From positions 1 through 64,000 of the IMG/VR virus record IMGVR_UViG_3300007644_000002: a stretch of 64,000 nucleotides of DNA; one strand, written 5' to 3'. Source of the DNA: a virus. Shown here piece after piece: positions 55,201-64,000 of this stretch; position 1 is the first letter of the stretch, and every line of letters starts with the position of its first letter. Made by a program: the position numbers and the translations under genes. Below the pieces are notes generated by a model. The model made no database searches, had not been told where the DNA came from, and saw only the letters and a list, made by a program, of their open reading frames with translations.

Positions 55201-57257
55201 CCAGATGCGCGAGTTACTTCGTTAGAGATTGCGGTTGCGTTAGCAACTTCTGCCGCAGTAGCACGAGTAGTTTCCGCTAGGATTGCTGATGCGTTAACAC
55301 CTTCCGCAGCAGTAGCACGAGTGATTTCTGCAGCAAGACCTGCCTGAACACTTGCGTCTCCAGATACACGTAGAGCAGTCTCAGCAAGGATGTCTGCTTC
55401 AACAGTATCCATCTCACCTTGAAGAGTTGAAACATCACCTTCTAATGCAGATGCGCGTAGAGACAATGCGTTATCAGCTGCCAAACGAGTTGCTGCTTCA
55501 GCAGAAACCTTTGTGTCAGTGTAAGTAGATGCTTGAGATTTAGCAGTTGCGATACGAGCAGTAAGAGTATTACCAACAGTACCATCAACAGATGCGTCAC
55601 CGATAAGTGCGGTGTCTTGTGCGTCTGCGTGAACGATAGCGGCAGCTTCAGCAGCGTCTGCTTTAGAAGTCGCATCTGTTTGGGCAGATACAAGAGTTGC
55701 GGCATCACCGGCAATTCGAGCAGTTGCTTCAGCAGTAATATTAGATTGTAAAGTAGTATCAGCACCTGAGCGAGTTGATGCTTCAGTTGTGATATTAGTT
55801 TGTAGTACTGAGTCCGCAGATGCGCGAACACCAGCTTCAGCATTAATTGCTACAGTGTTTGACGCGATCAACGCAGACATATCAGAGTCAGCAGATACGA
55901 ACGCAGCAACGATTTCAGTCAATGAATCAAGAGCGGCGGGATCGGTGTTAGCAATAACATTGTCCAATTTCGCTTCGATTCGACTTTCTTCACCAGTCGC
56001 ACGACTAGTCTCTGTAGAGATTGCGGAAGCATTAACGCCTTCAGCAGCAGTAGCACGAGCGATTTCTGCGTCTAGACCTGATTGAAGGTCACTATCGGCA
56101 AGAGCAAATTCACTACGAATAGCAGATTCTTGACCCTGCGCACGAGTTGTTTCAGTAGCAACTGCTGAACTAACACGATCAGTAACAGTATTACCTGAAG
56201 AACCGTCGACAGATGCGTCACCGATTAGTAGGTTGTCATTTGCTTTAGCAGATACAAGAGTTGCAGCATCACCATTAGTAATCAATGAAGTCATGTCAAC
56301 GCGGACTGAAGTGTCAGCAGCGGCACGAGCAGTGATTTCTGCTTGAAGGTTAGTAGCGTTAGCAGCTTCTGCTCCAGTCGCACGAACGATTTCCGCAGCA
56401 AGACCAGATGCGTTAACTTGTTCTGCTTGACCAGCGCGAGAAATTTCTGCGGCAAGATCAGTTTCTAGTGAACTTACATCACCTTCAGCAACAGTCAAAC
56501 GAGCGTCAAGAGCACCATCGGCAGCCAAACGAGTTGCCGCTTCACTAGTGATTGAAGACTGTAGACCAGCTTCAACGCCAGTTGCGCGAGTTACTTCACT
56601 AGCGATAGCAGTTGCGTTAGCAGTCTCAGCAGCAGTGGCGCGAGCGACTTCACCCGAGATAGCACTAGAGTTAGCAATAGTAGACGCGGTCAATACACTA
56701 TCAGCGTTTTGGAAAGCAACAACAATTTCTGCTAGAGAGTTAAGTGCGTCAGAATCAGTATTTGTTAGAATGTTATCAATACGAACTGATAAGGCAGCGT
56801 CAGCTGTCTGGTATGCGGATTCGATTGCGTTTTCGCGAACAGTTGCGCGATTTGTTTCTGTTGAAATAGCAGTTGCGTTAGCAACTTCAGCAGCGGTAGC
56901 ACGATTTGTTTCAGTTACGATTGAAGTTGCGTTAACACCTTCAGCAGCAGTAGCACGAGCAGTTTCTACAGCAACAGCAGAAGCAATATCTGCGGCAACA
57001 GCGTCTTGAGCGCGTTGCGGTGTAAAGTACTGTTTGGAACCTTCTGCCAAGTCGTCAGTATCAAAGCTTCCGAAGAATGCCGCAGTACTAATTTTCTTAA
57101 GCGAGTCAGAACCTACATCGTATAGCAGCGTAAAGCAATCTGCAGGATTGGCCATTCCGGTAAGAAGGGTTTGTCCCGTAACAGCACTTGAGTCTAGTTT
57201 GGTACTAATTATAGACCGATCTGCTAATGCTGGTGATTTAATTTGTCTAAATGACAT
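52227..57257 (-). CDS. very long fibre protein (1676 aa)
   Basis: Many E-x-x-RATAAEGVNA repeats, LDSLTEIVAAF modules, beta-rich C-terminus. Confidence 0.8.
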   Translation of the reverse strand: MSFRQIKSPALADRSIISTKLDSSAVTGQTLLTGMANPADCFTLLYDVGSDSLKKISTAAFFGSFDTDDLAEGSKQYFTPQRAQDAVAADIASAVAVETARATAAEGVNATSIVTETNRATAAEVANATAISTETNRATVRENAIESAYQTADAALSVRIDNILTNTDSDALNSLAEIVVAFQNADSVLTASTIANSSAISGEVARATAAETANATAIASEVTRATGVEAGLQSSITSEAATRLAADGALDARLTVAEGDVSSLETDLAAEISRAGQAEQVNASGLAAEIVRATGAEAANATNLQAEITARAAADTSVRVDMTSLITNGDAATLVSAKANDNLLIGDASVDGSSGNTVTDRVSSAVATETTRAQGQESAIRSEFALADSDLQSGLDAEIARATAAEGVNASAISTETSRATGEESRIEAKLDNVIANTDPAALDSLTEIVAAFVSADSDMSALIASNTVAINAEAGVRASADSVLQTNITTEASTRSGADTTLQSNITAEATARIAGDAATLVSAQTDATSKADAAEAAAIVHADAQDTALIGDASVDGTVGNTLTARIATAKSQASTYTDTKVSAEAATRLAADNALSLRASALEGDVSTLQGEMDTVEADILAETALRVSGDASVQAGLAAEITRATAAEGVNASAILAETTRATAAEVANATAISNEVTRASGVESGLRVDVDANTVTGAANAAAISVETTRALAAEAVNASGLAAEIARATAAEGVNATSIATEAGLRAAGDVALRTDVDANALSISGVDSDLSVEIARATAAEGVNASGLAAEIVRATGIESGLRTDVNTVTGRVDAIIGTSPETLDTLQEIVAAFEGADSDIQNIINNNSGRLTAAESDIDAVEVRATDLESRSTALEGRATTLESVQLAQGGRLTVNEGDIDGLESKVGVATLGTTATNLSAAINEIHSELDVEAGKVSTLQGEMTAVEGQVTVLEGEMNAVEAEQALQAGRLTVNEGDIDSLESKMGSGVFATTSQTAVGSSNELHGEINAIEARVDSAEADILSNAAAISAESSRALGQETAIRSEFAAADTAITSAYIAADAVVLSSASVDATTKANNAEAAAKIYADTIVGDEVVDRTNADAVLQSAIDAEVTARLSADATLSSRATVLETEMTATQSGAGLAANGNYVAPSGTNFLDTAVTLKDADSKLDAALKAEQTRALAAEGANTTSINNEIAARIAGDSDLQVSLDAEVSRALAAEGVLTSNVSINAASIVTESNSRQSADANLQSQIDFIKANTDSAALDSLTEIVAAFQAADGTLTGLVSQNQTDIATNASGLAAELTARAAQGSAIRGEFAAADTLLQTNINGKVSKSGDAMSGDLDMSGNKVGGLADGTVYADAVNKGQLDAGLAAQHISQFDTSDLLEDPNGTNLYFTNARVHAAVSVTDVSGEGNVSVTNGVFSLNTAKAFVELTDVTDSTITGKEGFVARVKTDGSGIELVDPTQLAFNNAQRQTISGDGAQTTFALNFATLEANAMVFVGGVVQDPSVHYNIDSEAQTISFNAAIPVGTQAVVIAQSTNSVGVLDPKSVGLETLADNIKVFEQGNDIVVGTSATVVSSFNSANYRTAKYIVTVANGSEFETRECLVIHNGTDAFITEYGIVYTGAALLGDTDIRVTGSTVELLYTSVSAGSVVSVSATYVDA

Positions 57258-57312
57258 TGAGTAATCTCCATGAGGTTTTAGTTAGGATTGTGTTTAAACG
57301 TTTAATAATATA

Positions 57313-57672
57313 CTAACGAAATTTAATATAAATGTCCGTCCCTTGCGGGGGGATTTCACTGAACTGAATGACATCACCAATAGTGTCATATGTCTCAACA
57401 TGGTGTTGAAGAACATCATTCACCCAAACATCTACAAGATCCGCCCTAGAAGGAGCAGCATTTAATGTAAATATCGCGGTTTCACCGTCAGCAATAATAT
57501 GTTGTGCTTCAGGTATGATTGAGTTGTCATTGGTGGAAGAAGAAGTACCTTCGATAAGTTCGAATATCTCCGTCTCTGAGCCAGGCGATTCTTCAACTTT
57601 AGATTTTTTCTGAGATGCTAGATTAAATAAGCTCTCAGCAAATACCCTGTTAAAAGATTTTCCGTTGATCAT
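57313..57672 (-). CDS. small virion protein with beta-sandwich repeat domain
   Basis: ADGETAIFTL...VWVNDVLQ...IQFSEIP, similar to a domain in the neighbouring fibres. Confidence 0.6.
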   Translation of the reverse strand: MINGKSFNRVFAESLFNLASQKKSKVEESPGSETEIFELIEGTSSSTNDNSIIPEAQHIIADGETAIFTLNAAPSRADLVDVWVNDVLQHHVETYDTIGDVIQFSEIPPQGTDIYIKFR

Positions 57673-57713
57673 AGTGATGTGTCATCTATTTTATTAGAGT
57701 TAATATATGATGT

Positions 57714-57721
57714 TATTTATA
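57714..57721 (-). promoter_or_regulatory. T4-type late promoter
   Basis: TATAAATA. Confidence 0.75.
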
Positions 57722-57747
57722 ATAAATAGATTTTCTGATATGAAGTT

Positions 57748-60009
57748 CTAGTTAACTAAAGTTCCATTTATATCGTAAATATTAACTCTATAATATGAAC
57801 CATGTTGCCCGTCGAGTTGGTCTGCATCTGTCGCAGTGTCCGCATTACCTTGTAGATTACCTACAAAAGTCGCAGCTGTAACAGATGAGAAGGTTACATC
57901 ATCCGAACTGTCAATACCGAATTCACCTGTAGATGGGTTGAATGATAACCCATTAGACACAGATAATGATTGTCTTACACGTTCTTCTGTAAGGTATAAG
58001 TTATTAACGCCTTCTTCTATAACATCTGTTGTGGCGTTAGCGTCTAACTTTTGATTAATCCAGTTTTGTACTGTTCCGATAAAGTCGGAGTCGTCACCTA
58101 AGGCTGCCGATATTTCATTCAAAGTATCAAGTACTTGAGGCGCGCCATCGATAAGATTTGATATAGCAATACTAATTGCGCTGTCGGTGTATGTTACCGC
58201 AGCGGCGTCTGCCGTTATTAAGGCGGCAGATATAGCAGAGTTAGTGTAGTTCTCTAAAACCAGTTGAATGTTTGATACTGAACTGTCGGTATAAACGTTT
58301 GCTGAGTTTAGTGTTAGTAAGACTGCCGAGTCTGTATATAGTTCAGTATAATCTTTAGCTAATTGAAGATTTATAACATCTTGACTTTCTGCGTAGTCAT
58401 TTGCTGATTGTAATGTAATCGCATCATTTGAAGACGCATAAGATTTTGCTAATACTAGAGTGTCAGAGTCTTGTTCTACAGCATAAGATTTAGCAGCGAG
58501 CAATACGACCGATGCCGCAGAGTCTGCCGCAGAGTGCGCGTACAACTCGCTATAGGTCTTAGTCGCAATAGTATTATCTACTGAGATGACACCTGTCGCA
58601 GAGCTGTAGTCAATACCAGAACCCCCTGACAAGGCCTCCAGTACATTCTGTGGTATTACAGATACGGGTACTGGAAAATTAGACCGTACAGGAGATGTAC
58701 CACCAAACTGAAAATCATATGTAGTGTTAACATTACCAGTAATTTCATTACCATAGTATTTTATTACTACACGGTCAGTTGCGGTGAAATCAGTTGCTGG
58801 TAATAACGCATCTGCGTAAAACTCACCATAAGTATCTAGAGAAATTTTGCTTGTGGTTGATGAAGTAGATAATAAAGTCTCTACACCAGCAGCACTTCTT
58901 TTATATACTTCGAAATAGAATGATGCTGAACCGCCAGAGCCATCTGGATTAACTCTCACGTTACCAACAGTATGAATGTTAATAACACCAGTGTTACCTA
59001 TTAATACACCCTGTTCCGTAGCAAGTGACGCAATCAACTGATCGGCCCCAGATATGGTTCCAGTGTTGATATCTACAGCAACGGCATTAAAATCTGAGTC
59101 ACCGATAGAAGTGACCATCTTCGTGTATATACCGTCAACAGCAATAGTAGTGGTCGTTGGATATAATACAATAGAGGCGTTAAGGGCAGAAATGTCTAGT
59201 TTGGTACTATGTAGTTCATCAATCGCATCCTGAACGTTGGTAGCAATCATGTCACTATCAGGTACATAAGATACGGAGGCAGCACTTATATTCAGTGCTT
59301 CAACAAATCCAGTGTCAACCTCAGTATTGATGGTATTAATAACATCCGCTAGAGTAACAACAGATTCGCCATTAAGACGGAAGTCGCCGAATATATTTAC
59401 TCCAGCACTATCAACATCAATACGGTCACTATCGCGGTATTGGATCTTTAAATCCCCACCGTTGTAACCAAGATGTTTTAAAATCGTGTTGGTACCATTA
59501 TGATAGAACTTAGTCTCTTCATCGGTACCAACGGTAAACGAAAATCCATCGTCTAGTATGAGGTCTGCGTCAATGGACGCACCGTCTGAGTTATATGCCG
59601 CAACTTGAACTACTTGATCTACGCCAATAGGAAAGGCGAAGGTTATAGAGGAACCATCAGCTGCTGTATAGTCTATACCTTGGTGTAGTAAAACACCGTT
59701 GAGGTATACTTGAATTCTTCGGGGGGAAGCAAGGTCGTATGAAAGATAATTTCCGTAATCGTCTGCTCCGGAGAGCGTCAATAGCGTTCCGTCAGACGTG
59801 TAGATATACGTATTGAAAGTACTTACTAAGCCGGATCGTGCGTCACCACCGACTTCAATAACCTGTTCAATACCATCGTACTGTCTTTTTAAGTACAGTT
59901 TACCATCTGCGGTGTTTACTGCTAACTCACCGAGGTTCAACTGCTCTATCGTTGGGACGTTGCCTGCGACAGCACTTCGTCTTAAACGAATATCTACGTT
60001 ACGTGCCAA
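57748..60009 (-). CDS. fibre/structural protein (753 aa)
   Basis: N-terminal RRSAVAG..P...GELAVNTADGKLY module; APQVLDTLNEISAALGDD; C-terminus shared with the 1142 aa fibre. Confidence 0.75.
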   Translation of the reverse strand: MARNVDIRLRRSAVAGNVPTIEQLNLGELAVNTADGKLYLKRQYDGIEQVIEVGGDARSGLVSTFNTYIYTSDGTLLTLSGADDYGNYLSYDLASPRRIQVYLNGVLLHQGIDYTAADGSSITFAFPIGVDQVVQVAAYNSDGASIDADLILDDGFSFTVGTDEETKFYHNGTNTILKHLGYNGGDLKIQYRDSDRIDVDSAGVNIFGDFRLNGESVVTLADVINTINTEVDTGFVEALNISAASVSYVPDSDMIATNVQDAIDELHSTKLDISALNASIVLYPTTTTIAVDGIYTKMVTSIGDSDFNAVAVDINTGTISGADQLIASLATEQGVLIGNTGVINIHTVGNVRVNPDGSGGSASFYFEVYKRSAAGVETLLSTSSTTSKISLDTYGEFYADALLPATDFTATDRVVIKYYGNEITGNVNTTYDFQFGGTSPVRSNFPVPVSVIPQNVLEALSGGSGIDYSSATGVISVDNTIATKTYSELYAHSAADSAASVVLLAAKSYAVEQDSDTLVLAKSYASSNDAITLQSANDYAESQDVINLQLAKDYTELYTDSAVLLTLNSANVYTDSSVSNIQLVLENYTNSAISAALITADAAAVTYTDSAISIAISNLIDGAPQVLDTLNEISAALGDDSDFIGTVQNWINQKLDANATTDVIEEGVNNLYLTEERVRQSLSVSNGLSFNPSTGEFGIDSSDDVTFSSVTAATFVGNLQGNADTATDADQLDGQHGSYYRVNIYDINGTLVN

Positions 60010-60085
60010 TGTTGGCTTCCTCTTTCACTCGACCTTATATAAGGCGACTAGCTAAAACCATAAAATATATGATCTACTTAATGCT

Positions 60086-60093
60086 TATTTATA
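60086..60093 (-). promoter_or_regulatory. T4-type late promoter
   Basis: TATAAATA immediately after the stop at 60094. Confidence 0.75.
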
Positions 60094-61404
60094 TCAATAA
60101 GTTCCACCGTCTAAATGCGTAATGGTTACCGCGCCTGCGTTTAACGCAAACTGGGCAGAGTCGAAAGATGCGACACCCGCATTAGAGTTTGTTGCTAATT
60201 CCGCAGCAATGATTAATTCATTGGTTTCATCGGAATATGTTAGATCAATACCTTCGCCAGCAGTTAAGAGGTTAGCAACTTTATCATCGATGAATTCACC
60301 GATCTCTACATCATTAATAGATAGTGGAGCAAGAACATTAAGTCCTTTGTCGATATCTATCTGGTCTTTGGATGCGTTGTATACTATTGATACATCAGCA
60401 CCCGCAATAAAGATACCAGCACCATCAGCTTCTGCTGGGGTGGATGCTTCATCAGCAAGAGTAAGTGTAAGGTCATTAACCGACATTACTGTCGAGTTAA
60501 TTATTGTCTGGGTACCTTGAACAACAAGGTCACCACGGATTACTAATGTACCACCGTCCGAATCTGTCGGAGCAGGGTCAATGTATAGGGTGTTGGAACT
60601 ATCAGTAGAAGATAGTGTGTTACCTGTTAGTTTTAGGTTACCAACTTCTATTGAATTGAGGTCAAGAACATTAGGTTCTAGTGAAACATTGACAGTGTTT
60701 GTTGCTGTGTCATATGCTACATTGACGTTATCAGAACCACTAAACGTTAGGTCTGAATCCAACAGAGAAATACTGTCGCCATTTACTGTTAGGTTAGTAC
60801 CAATATTTACAGTACTAGCCGCAGTAATACGACCGTCTGAATCAACAGTAAAGGTTGGGATTTCAGTCTGAGAACCGTAGTCTCCCGCAGTAACTCCAGT
60901 GGGTACCAGACTAACTGTTAACGAGTTAGCATCTGAGTCCGCAAGGGTAGTAATACCACGACCACCGGCAAAGGTGATTGCTTCGGTTGCTAGGAAAATA
61001 CTACCAGAACCACTGTCACCAGAGAATAAGAAGTTAGACCCCAACTCTTGCGCAGATAGTATCCCGTCAACGTATGCTTTGTTTGTTACATGACTGGGAT
61101 CAGTTGGGGTTCCTACCTTTAAAAAGTCTACCGCACCGTCTGAGTCGACGATGAGCGCTTTGTTAGGTAAGTTACTACCATACTGCGCAGCACCTTCACC
61201 GTGTAATAGGTTGACGTAATACGCACCACCTATGACGGTATGGTTGACCGCATCTTCGTTTGTTTCTGTGCCAGTGCCAATATATAATCGATCACCACCA
61301 TTCGCCCCATTATTTGCTAGATATGAATAGGCGAGTTCACCCTGTGCGAGGACAGATGGATTCCCCGCTACACCGGAACGTTTAATTCTTATTATTGACG
61401 CCAT
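60094..61404 (-). CDS. fibre/structural protein (436 aa)
   Basis: IRIKRSG...GELAY N-terminus, GVTAGDYGS..IPTFTVD..GRIT module, ends LDGGTY. Confidence 0.75.
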   Translation of the reverse strand: MASIIRIKRSGVAGNPSVLAQGELAYSYLANNGANGGDRLYIGTGTETNEDAVNHTVIGGAYYVNLLHGEGAAQYGSNLPNKALIVDSDGAVDFLKVGTPTDPSHVTNKAYVDGILSAQELGSNFLFSGDSGSGSIFLATEAITFAGGRGITTLADSDANSLTVSLVPTGVTAGDYGSQTEIPTFTVDSDGRITAASTVNIGTNLTVNGDSISLLDSDLTFSGSDNVNVAYDTATNTVNVSLEPNVLDLNSIEVGNLKLTGNTLSSTDSSNTLYIDPAPTDSDGGTLVIRGDLVVQGTQTIINSTVMSVNDLTLTLADEASTPAEADGAGIFIAGADVSIVYNASKDQIDIDKGLNVLAPLSINDVEIGEFIDDKVANLLTAGEGIDLTYSDETNELIIAAELATNSNAGVASFDSAQFALNAGAVTITHLDGGTY

Positions 61405-61680
61405 TTAGTATTGACCCCCATTGATCACTTGTTTGTCTAAAAGTTTTTGAGCGTGCCACTTTTCATCAGTGCCGTGGTACACTAGAACATCTCCATCCTC
61501 TGGATGTGGAGATTCAAAATTAATGTCAGAAAGTCCACCGATACTACTTCCAGTAGCAGTGACTCTCTGTACAGGTCTACCTAAAGTAACTCTTTTAACT
61601 TGAGTACCAGAACTAGTGGAGGCACTCGTATTAATATGAGTTGTGCCGCCATTAGATATAGAAACTTTGCGAATAGGCAT
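61405..61680 (-). CDS. small structural protein
   Basis: GLSDI...DGDVLVY...KW fibre-type module; ends INGGQY. Confidence 0.6.
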   Translation of the reverse strand: MPIRKVSISNGGTTHINTSASTSSGTQVKRVTLGRPVQRVTATGSSIGGLSDINFESPHPEDGDVLVYHGTDEKWHAQKLLDKQVINGGQY

Positions 61681-61686
61681 GTATGT

Positions 61687-62043
61687 TTACCTTGTTACCG
61701 AAGGAGATACTTTAATTTTCCCCTCTAAAATACGCTCTACTACGGGATATCCGTTCGCATCGATATAGGTTATTTCGACATCATACACGTACCTACCACG
61801 GGTAGATAGGGCATCAGTCTGCTCATTTGTGAGGGATAATACTAGGATACCGTCGGATGACGGGTCAGCGACCATCGCAGAGAACTCGATAGTGTCTTCG
61901 TCTTTACTGTTGAAGTTCCGCTTCATTTTGGCGGATACAGTATAAGCACTTAAATCTTTCACAGAACCATCAGCTTCAGTAAGCTCTATCTGAAAAGCAA
62001 TATCTGTGCCTTGGTCTATTGTAAAATCTTCGTAAGCTGCCAT
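61687..62043 (-). CDS. virion adaptor protein (BppU N-terminal-like)
   Basis: IDQGTD, DLSAYT, LSLTNEQT, GRYVYDVE, RILEG...VSPSVT. Confidence 0.7.
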   Translation of the reverse strand: MAAYEDFTIDQGTDIAFQIELTEADGSVKDLSAYTVSAKMKRNFNSKDEDTIEFSAMVADPSSDGILVLSLTNEQTDALSTRGRYVYDVEITYIDANGYPVVERILEGKIKVSPSVTR

Positions 62044-62083
62044 CCCTAAAACCTCAGATTGTATTAGTAAAATTATCTAGTAC

Positions 62084-62091
62084 TATTTATA
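62084..62091 (-). promoter_or_regulatory. T4-type late promoter inside an inverted repeat
   Basis: TATAAATA flanked by CCTCAGATTGT / ACAATCTGAGG. Confidence 0.8.
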
Positions 62092-62126
62092 ACAATCTGA
62101 GGCCTTAAGAATTAGCAAATCATATT

Positions 62127-62837
62127 TTATTCAGCAGACGCAATGTCTTCCAATACTAGATCACGTAGAGCATCTGAACCATCAGTAGTATCAAATACAT
62201 AAGATACTGTACAACGCCAGTCAGTATCGGCAGCAGCTGCGTGATAAAGAAGGGTTTCTGGTTCACGGTAGTGTCCGAAGTATGCGGCTTTACAAGTCCA
62301 CACGCCGGGCTTGTCTTGGCAACGAACAACTTCCTTAGTTTCAGGATGAATGTAATCAAAGTAACCAGAACCATCTCCAGAATAAGAGAAGATTAGGTTG
62401 AAGCCCGGAGCGTTAGCATTATTGTGCCAAGAGATATATCCGCCTGGCGGGTATACTGCGCACAATGCGTTATGTTTAACTGATAAGAAGTTCATCATCC
62501 TATCATTCAACTCACCTAGGTGTCTAGTGAGGTCTCTTTTAAAGATAGGGTCAGCATCACCCTCAAACATTGAGTGAGCCCGTTCGGATAACTTGAAGTT
62601 ATATCCTACTAGTTGGTCAGGGAACCCTTCATGAGCAGTCTTCTGGTCAAGAATTTCGTTCATATATGGCGCGCCGACGTAGTAACTACGCTGGCGAATA
62701 TGTTCTGCTCCATTCAAGTGGCAGTTCTTTTCAAAACCAGCCCAAGTATGAAGTTTAGCATATTCCCCAAGTATCTCCAGAAGTTCTGGATTATTAACGT
62801 CGATATGCTTTAGATATTGGTCGTTTACCTGTGTCAT
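62127..62837 (-). CDS. 2OG-Fe(II)/DSBH oxygenase-like protein, paralog 3
   Basis: VYPPGGYISWHNN...LYHAA...RCTVSY. Confidence 0.6.
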   Translation of the reverse strand: MTQVNDQYLKHIDVNNPELLEILGEYAKLHTWAGFEKNCHLNGAEHIRQRSYYVGAPYMNEILDQKTAHEGFPDQLVGYNFKLSERAHSMFEGDADPIFKRDLTRHLGELNDRMMNFLSVKHNALCAVYPPGGYISWHNNANAPGFNLIFSYSGDGSGYFDYIHPETKEVVRCQDKPGVWTCKAAYFGHYREPETLLYHAAAADTDWRCTVSYVFDTTDGSDALRDLVLEDIASAE

Positions 62838-63562
62838 ACGATTGGTGTGTCCTTATTTAAACCAGCAGAGAAGTGACGTAAAATCACGGGCCCTGTCTCA
62901 GGTTTAGTTCTTGCCCAGTTGAAGGCATTGTAATAATTCCATCTCAAGTCGTCATCGAAGATACCAACTTTGAGATCCTTATATTTTTCTTCTTTCTCGG
63001 TCAACCACCAGAGGGAGAACTGATCCCAAGACTTTAGAGAATCAATATAACCTTCGGGCCACCAAGTATCATTCATTTGCTTGTATGTTAAATCCCACCA
63101 ATCCTGCATAAATTCGCGGACGATTGGTTTAGTCATATCATACAAACATACCCCACCACAAAGAGTAAATTTAGCCATACCTTCTGGTGTGGAGAAATCA
63201 CGTTCCGCATAAATGTAGTCGCGATCATCAGTCAGTTCAGAGAATACCACATCGTAGTCTTTCATCTCATCCCATACCTTGATGATGTCTTCGTGCTCAC
63301 ATTCCATGTCAGCATCAATATACATTGTTATGTCATATGGCGAACGTGCCATACCCCATAACTTAGCACGATAATGGTTGTCGCAGATAATAACATCATC
63401 GGCAACATCATAACCACGTTCGTCAATATATTTTTCTTCTGTCACGAGACAGATTTTACAATCCTCATAGAAGTCTCTTAGACTTTCTGCGAGGTTAAGA
63501 GCATACAAATAAAAGTTAGGTTTATTTGATGCTACAATTACGAACCCTTTGGTCTTCTCCAT
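62834..63562 (-). CDS. GT-A fold glycosyltransferase-like protein
   Basis: RAKLWGM..SPYDITMYIDAD (DxD), GGVCLY, WDQFSLW, RWNY. Confidence 0.7.
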   Translation of the reverse strand: MEKTKGFVIVASNKPNFYLYALNLAESLRDFYEDCKICLVTEEKYIDERGYDVADDVIICDNHYRAKLWGMARSPYDITMYIDADMECEHEDIIKVWDEMKDYDVVFSELTDDRDYIYAERDFSTPEGMAKFTLCGGVCLYDMTKPIVREFMQDWWDLTYKQMNDTWWPEGYIDSLKSWDQFSLWWLTEKEEKYKDLKVGIFDDDLRWNYYNAFNWARTKPETGPVILRHFSAGLNKDTPIV

Positions 63563-63993
63563 TACTCAGTCCCTTCCAGAGATTCCTGTAGAATGAGAAT
63601 AGAGTACAAGTCTACTTCGATACGAGACTTCGCACGACGTAACTTTCCTTTTAATTTGCGGTTCTTAGAGGCTTTAATCTCATCAACCTCAAATGCTTCT
63701 AATTTATAATTGAAGAGTTTCTCTAACTTACGCGCCTTCTGGTGTTCTAGTTCGCGCTGCTTTTCTTCTTCTTGCTCGGCATTTTTGCGTGTTACCCGAT
63801 TAGTTGTTTCTTTATCAATGTTATCTTCACCTACAGACCCGATGACTTCATCAAACAACTCATTTGGATTACCGTCTTTATCTACACGGTTCAGTAACAT
63901 TACTTGCCTTGTTACTCTTCCAACATCATCTTCCATTTCTAGGATACAGTTCAACTTATCTTTTGCGTCTGTTTCCCAAAAAGCATTGTCCAT
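63562..63993 (-). CDS. hypothetical protein (may extend beyond the window)
   Basis: 143 aa; LEKLFNYKLEAFEVDEIK; frame open to the window edge. Confidence 0.6.
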   Translation of the reverse strand: MDNAFWETDAKDKLNCILEMEDDVGRVTRQVMLLNRVDKDGNPNELFDEVIGSVGEDNIDKETTNRVTRKNAEQEEEKQRELEHQKARKLEKLFNYKLEAFEVDEIKASKNRKLKGKLRRAKSRIEVDLYSILILQESLEGTE

Positions 63994-64000
63994 CCACTTT

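Noticed and set aside
48727-57257. Repeats considered as a CRISPR array or DGR template/variable repeat
   Set aside because: Repeats are in-frame coding modules with irregular spacing; no adenine-specific mismatch pattern noticed, and no reverse transcriptase or cas gene in the window
1-64000. Stop-codon reassignment / alternative genetic code
   Set aside because: Core genes are full length under the standard code, and none of the four tRNAs is a suppressor

Overview
This is a 64 kb segment of a T4-like myovirus genome (about 41% GC by eye). The host is probably a heterotrophic proteobacterium, and no photosynthesis genes are visible. Essentially all real genes lie on the minus strand. In transcription order (right to left) the window holds: long Ala/Asp/Ser-rich fibre and baseplate-type genes; neck, terminase, tail and head genes (gp13-gp23, gp3-like); uvsY, uvsW, gp55, gp47, gp46, gp45, gp44, gp62, regA, hsp20; an accessory block; gp43, an AEP-like primase, nucleotide-sugar enzymes, uvsX, gp41; then small genes and tRNAs. 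Four tRNAs (Leu, Asn, Glu, Thr), consensus sigma70 promoters and TATAAATA late promoters can be read directly. The most notable element is the cluster directly upstream of the DNA polymerase. It contains a C5-cytosine methyltransferase homolog with Arg in place of the conserved motif-X Asn, translationally coupled to a CmoA-like (carboxy-SAM synthase) gene, followed by a ParB-like protein, a glycosyltransferase and a glutaminase-less asparagine-synthetase-like ligase. This is a candidate carboxymethyl-cytosine DNA hypermodification pathway. Other signals include a single antisense consensus promoter near uvsW, leaderless gp43 and primase mRNAs, a ROSE-like thermometer on hsp20, three HxN...H oxygenase-fold paralogs, and a dispersed glycan-modification toolkit paired with DSD-enriched fibres. 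All assignments come from motif recognition by eye; no database search was run.
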